Source of the DNA: Candidatus Cloacimonadales bacterium
GTDB taxonomy: Bacteria; Cloacimonadota; Cloacimonadia; Cloacimonadales; JAFGVF01
Assembly: GCA_963662585.1 (NCBI GenBank)
Contig: OY759729.1
Coordinates: forward strand, 1,728,001 to 1,792,000
Reading direction: 5' to 3'
DNA: 64,000 nt
Position 1 is the stretch's first letter. Every line of letters begins with the position of its first letter. Positions 60,948 through 64,000 of this stretch are shown one piece after another. The notes under the pieces were generated by a model. The model worked only from the letters and a program-made list of their open reading frames with translations, had not been told where the DNA came from and ran no database searches. A program made the translations under genes and the position numbers.

Positions 60948-62249
60948 ATGTTACAAAAAGATAAGTTTAAACTAGTAGATGCTATTGTTTTAATGGGAAT
61001 GTTATCAACACTACTAAGTGTTTTAAGTAATAGACTGCCTGTAGGCTTAGGCAGTTTTAGGTTTTTCTGGGGTCCGGCGATTATAATTGTAATACTGATA
61101 ACTAAACCTCAATTGCTAATTAAAAGTCCAATAAAACAAGTAGCTCTATATGGATTTTTTGTAATTTTATTGCTCCAATATACTTTATGGAGACATCTGT
61201 CTGAACAGAATCATAGTAATATTGTGGAAGAATTTCGTAATATAATAAATTTTTCTATAATATGGGCATATTATTATTATTCCAAGAGAATGAGCATGTT
61301 TTCAAAGATATCTCGATTTAGTTTTGTATTTATTCTAATTACAATTATAACCACAAACATTGCATTAACAATTAATCCTCTTATAATTAGAGATTCAGCA
61401 AACAGTTTTTTTGCTGATGTTTCTCAAAGAAGGCTTTTTAGAATACTTGGTTCTGCCGGTTATGGTTATGCACAAGCTTTTGTAATGTTAATTCCAATAT
61501 TAATTTATCATATAAAGAAAAACACAAAACTAGTATTAACGAAAAGATGGCTTTGGCTCGTGTTGTTTGCAATAATTGTTACTACTTTGAGATCTCAAGT
61601 TTTTGCTAATATGCTAGTTATGATAGCGACCTCATTATTATCATTTGCAGGGTCTAAAAGAAGGAAAGCCATGTATCGTTATGTTTTTATATTTTTTCTC
61701 CTTTTTATAATAATACCCAATAGTACATACATTAATTTATTAAATTCGGTAAGCGAATACTTTCCTGAAGAATCTAATACATATTCAAAGATTAAAGATT
61801 TAGCTATGTTTATTGAAAATCCGGAATTAGAAATGACAACAGGTACTGGAAGTAGAGCTGCGCGATACCCTCTTCTTTTCGAAGCATTGTTAAGAAAACC
61901 TATATTTGGAGATGCTTCTTACGAAAGTAAAATGTCAATAGGTGCAGGTGGACATCTCTACCTGATGAATAAGTTGGCTCTTTTTGGTATTTTTGGTTTT
62001 TCTCTTTTTATTTACATGTTATATAAAATATATAAATCTATAAGTCGTTTAATTTATGATAATGAAATGGCGTTTTATTATTTTTTATCAGTATTAGCAT
62101 TTATAATGTTCGGATTAATCAAAACTGTTGGAGGAAGAGAAGTGTGGGTATTTTTAATAATAGTGATACCCGGACTATTTCTAGGTACTTTAGAAGATAT
62201 GGAACAAGAAAGATTATGTTCAGAGGAAAACAATGATGTTCAAAAATAA
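60948..62249 (+). CDS. Wzy polymerase / O-antigen ligase-like membrane protein
   Basis: Many TMs; large loop with SR...PIFG...GGH; gene context. Confidence 0.65.
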   Translation: MLQKDKFKLVDAIVLMGMLSTLLSVLSNRLPVGLGSFRFFWGPAIIIVILITKPQLLIKSPIKQVALYGFFVILLLQYTLWRHLSEQNHSNIVEEFRNIINFSIIWAYYYYSKRMSMFSKISRFSFVFILITIITTNIALTINPLIIRDSANSFFADVSQRRLFRILGSAGYGYAQAFVMLIPILIYHIKKNTKLVLTKRWLWLVLFAIIVTTLRSQVFANMLVMIATSLLSFAGSKRRKAMYRYVFIFFLLFIIIPNSTYINLLNSVSEYFPEESNTYSKIKDLAMFIENPELEMTTGTGSRAARYPLLFEALLRKPIFGDASYESKMSIGAGGHLYLMNKLALFGIFGFSLFIYMLYKIYKSISRLIYDNEMAFYYFLSVLAFIMFGLIKTVGGREVWVFLIIVIPGLFLGTLEDMEQERLCSEENNDVQK

Positions 62250-63243
62250 AATTTTATTAATTACAGGTGGTACAGGTTCATTTGGAAATGCTGTACTTAG
62301 AAGGTTTGTAAATTCTGATTTGAAAGAAATTAGAATATTTAGTCGAGATGAGAAGAAACAGGATGATCTAAGAAAAAAAGTTAATAATCCTAAGGTCAAA
62401 TTCTATATAGGGGATGTTAGAGATATTGAATCTGTAAACACAGTAATGAAAGGTGTGGATTATGTCTTTCATGCTGCTGCTCTTAAGCAAGTCCCATCTT
62501 GTGAGTTTTTCCCAATTGAAGCAGTGAAAACTAATATTTTAGGTTCTAATAATGTTATGCAGTCAGCTATGCTTAATGGAGTAAAGAAGCTAATTGTTCT
62601 AAGTACAGATAAAGCTGTATATCCTATCAACGCAATGGGTATTTCTAAAGCTATGATGGAATTGGTTATGGTTGCTAACTCCCGTAATGGAGGGGAAGAG
62701 ACAACTTTCTGTGGAACCCGTTATGGTAATGTAATGGCTTCTCGTGGTTCGGTTATTCCTCTTTTTGTTGAGCAAATCAAAGCTGGTAAGCCACTTACTA
62801 TTACAGATCCTAATATGACACGCTTTATGATGACCTTGGACGATGCTGTCGATTTGGTTATGTTTGCTTTTGAACATGGAAATCAAGGGGACAGATTTGT
62901 TCAAAAAGCTCCAGCTTGCACAATTGAAGTATTAGCTAAAGCACTAAAAGAATTATATAAATCAGATAGTGAAATTAAACTTATTGGTACCAGACATGGA
63001 GAAAAATTATTTGAATCTTTAGTAAATCGTGAAGAGATGCTTAAAGCAGAAGACCTCGGAAGGTACTATCGCATCCCGGCTGATACAAGAGATTTAAACT
63101 ATAATCGCTATTTCTCAGAAGGGGATAATAAGATAGAAGAGATAGTAGAATATACTTCGCATAATACGCATCGGATGGATGTGGAAGAGACTAAGGAGCT
63201 CTTGCTGAAATTAGATTTTATCCGAGAGGATCTCGGGATTTAA
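62233..63243 (+). CDS. fnlA: UDP-GlcNAc 4,6-dehydratase/5-epimerase (FnlA/CapE/WbjB)
   Basis: TGGTGSFG, SRDEKKQ, AAALKQVPSCEF, STDKAVYPINAMG, GTRHGEK, DLNY. Confidence 0.93.
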   Translation: MMFKNKILLITGGTGSFGNAVLRRFVNSDLKEIRIFSRDEKKQDDLRKKVNNPKVKFYIGDVRDIESVNTVMKGVDYVFHAAALKQVPSCEFFPIEAVKTNILGSNNVMQSAMLNGVKKLIVLSTDKAVYPINAMGISKAMMELVMVANSRNGGEETTFCGTRYGNVMASRGSVIPLFVEQIKAGKPLTITDPNMTRFMMTLDDAVDLVMFAFEHGNQGDRFVQKAPACTIEVLAKALKELYKSDSEIKLIGTRHGEKLFESLVNREEMLKAEDLGRYYRIPADTRDLNYNRYFSEGDNKIEEIVEYTSHNTHRMDVEETKELLLKLDFIREDLGI

Positions 63244-63247
63244 GATT

Positions 63248-63478
63248 TTTAGCCACAAATAACACGAATAAACACAAATATGAAAGAAGATTTTTAGCCA
63301 CGGATATCACAGATAAACACAAATAAGAAATAAAACAAAAAAATAGTAAAATTTTGTTACTTACAATAAAATTTAGGAAAAAATGTAGAAAAGATAGCAA
63401 CATAGATAATTAATTTAATTAATACTCTATAATATTATTGCATTTTATTTGTGTAGATTTGTGTTATTTGTGGCCAAA
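63248..63478. repeat. Gene-less inverted set of CAC-periodic repeats
   Basis: TTTAGCCACAAATAACACGAATAAACACAAATA 63248; variant 63293; inverted TATTTGTGTAGATTTGTGTTATTTGTGGCCAAA 63446-63478. Confidence 0.85.
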
Positions 63479-63498
63479 CAAAAAGAAAAGGTTTTAAG

Positions 63499-64000
63499 AT
63501 GAAGATAGGTATTACAGGCCAGACTGGATTTATAGGCACTCACCTCTACAACAACTTGGGGTTAGATGATTCTTTTGAAAGGATACCCTTTGCTGATGAG
63601 TTTTTTCAAAGTGAAGAGGATTTAGATAAATTTGTAGCTCAATGTGATGTGATAGTGCATTTGGCTGCGATGAACAGACACAATGATCCTCAAGTATTAT
63701 ATAAAGCAAATATTGAATTAGTAGAAAAGCTGATTAATAGTGTGAAAAGATGTGGTACAAAGCCTCATATAATTATGTCTTCCTCAACTCAAGAAGAAAG
63801 AGATAATCTTTATGGTAAATCTAAAAGAGAAGGACGCGAGAAATTTGTTGAATTTGCTAAAGTAGGTGGATGTTTCTTCACAGGATTAGTAATTCCAAAT
63901 GTCTATGGTCCTTTTGGAAATCCTTTCTATAACTCTGTTACTTCAACTTTTTCTCATCTAATTGCGAATGGGAAAGATGTAAATATTGAGATTGATGCTG
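63499..64000 (+). CDS. fnlB: FnlB/CapF/WbjC-like reductase, truncated by window end (not in ORF track)
   Basis: Manual translation MKIGITGQTGFIG...HLAAMNR...SSSTQ...YGKSK...PNVYG...YNSV; follows fnlA. Confidence 0.85.
   Translation, partial: MKIGITGQTGFIGTHLYNNLGLDDSFERIPFADEFFQSEEDLDKFVAQCDVIVHLAAMNRHNDPQVLYKANIELVEKLINSVKRCGTKPHIIMSSSTQEERDNLYGKSKREGREKFVEFAKVGGCFFTGLVIPNVYGPFGNPFYNSVTSTFSHLIANGKDVNIEIDA

Noticed and set aside
3580..62904. Short minus-strand ORFs overlapping long plus-strand genes
   Set aside because: Antisense shadows with no recognisable motifs.

Overview
AT-rich bacterial chromosome segment; the gene repertoire suggests FCB group, possibly Cloacimonadota (inference only). 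All credible genes are on the + strand. Layout: (1) 1-3390, a large REP array surrounding an IS200-like HUH/Y1 transposase; (2) 3.7-12.5 kb, envelope genes (deacetylase-like protein, fused double GT4, GT4, WecA, PorZ-like propeller); (3) 12.5-14.5 kb, a mosaic of several palindromic repeat families, then a probable replication origin (DnaA boxes + DnaA-trios + AT-rich tract, about 14.7-15.1 kb) with no dnaA in the window; (4) lipoprotein, DUF559, surA-like gene, pgpA and an MBOAT/SGNH pair; (5) 23.3-64 kb, a >40 kb surface-polysaccharide locus containing a 2-deoxysugar pathway, CitE-like/CoA-ligase/CapA/ATP-grasp tailoring genes and two JUMPstart/ops-like leaders. Most striking pattern: six small genes from four unrelated families (Y1 transposase, DUF559 endonuclease, two GxxExxY, two four-helix-bundle) are each bracketed by inverted copies of their own family-specific repeat. 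The same repeats also occur gene-less between genes and in-frame inside pgpA and a LegC-type gene. This suggests a REP/RAYT-like gene-plus-cognate-repeat system that extends to non-transposase families. All protein calls are from motif recognition, not database searches.
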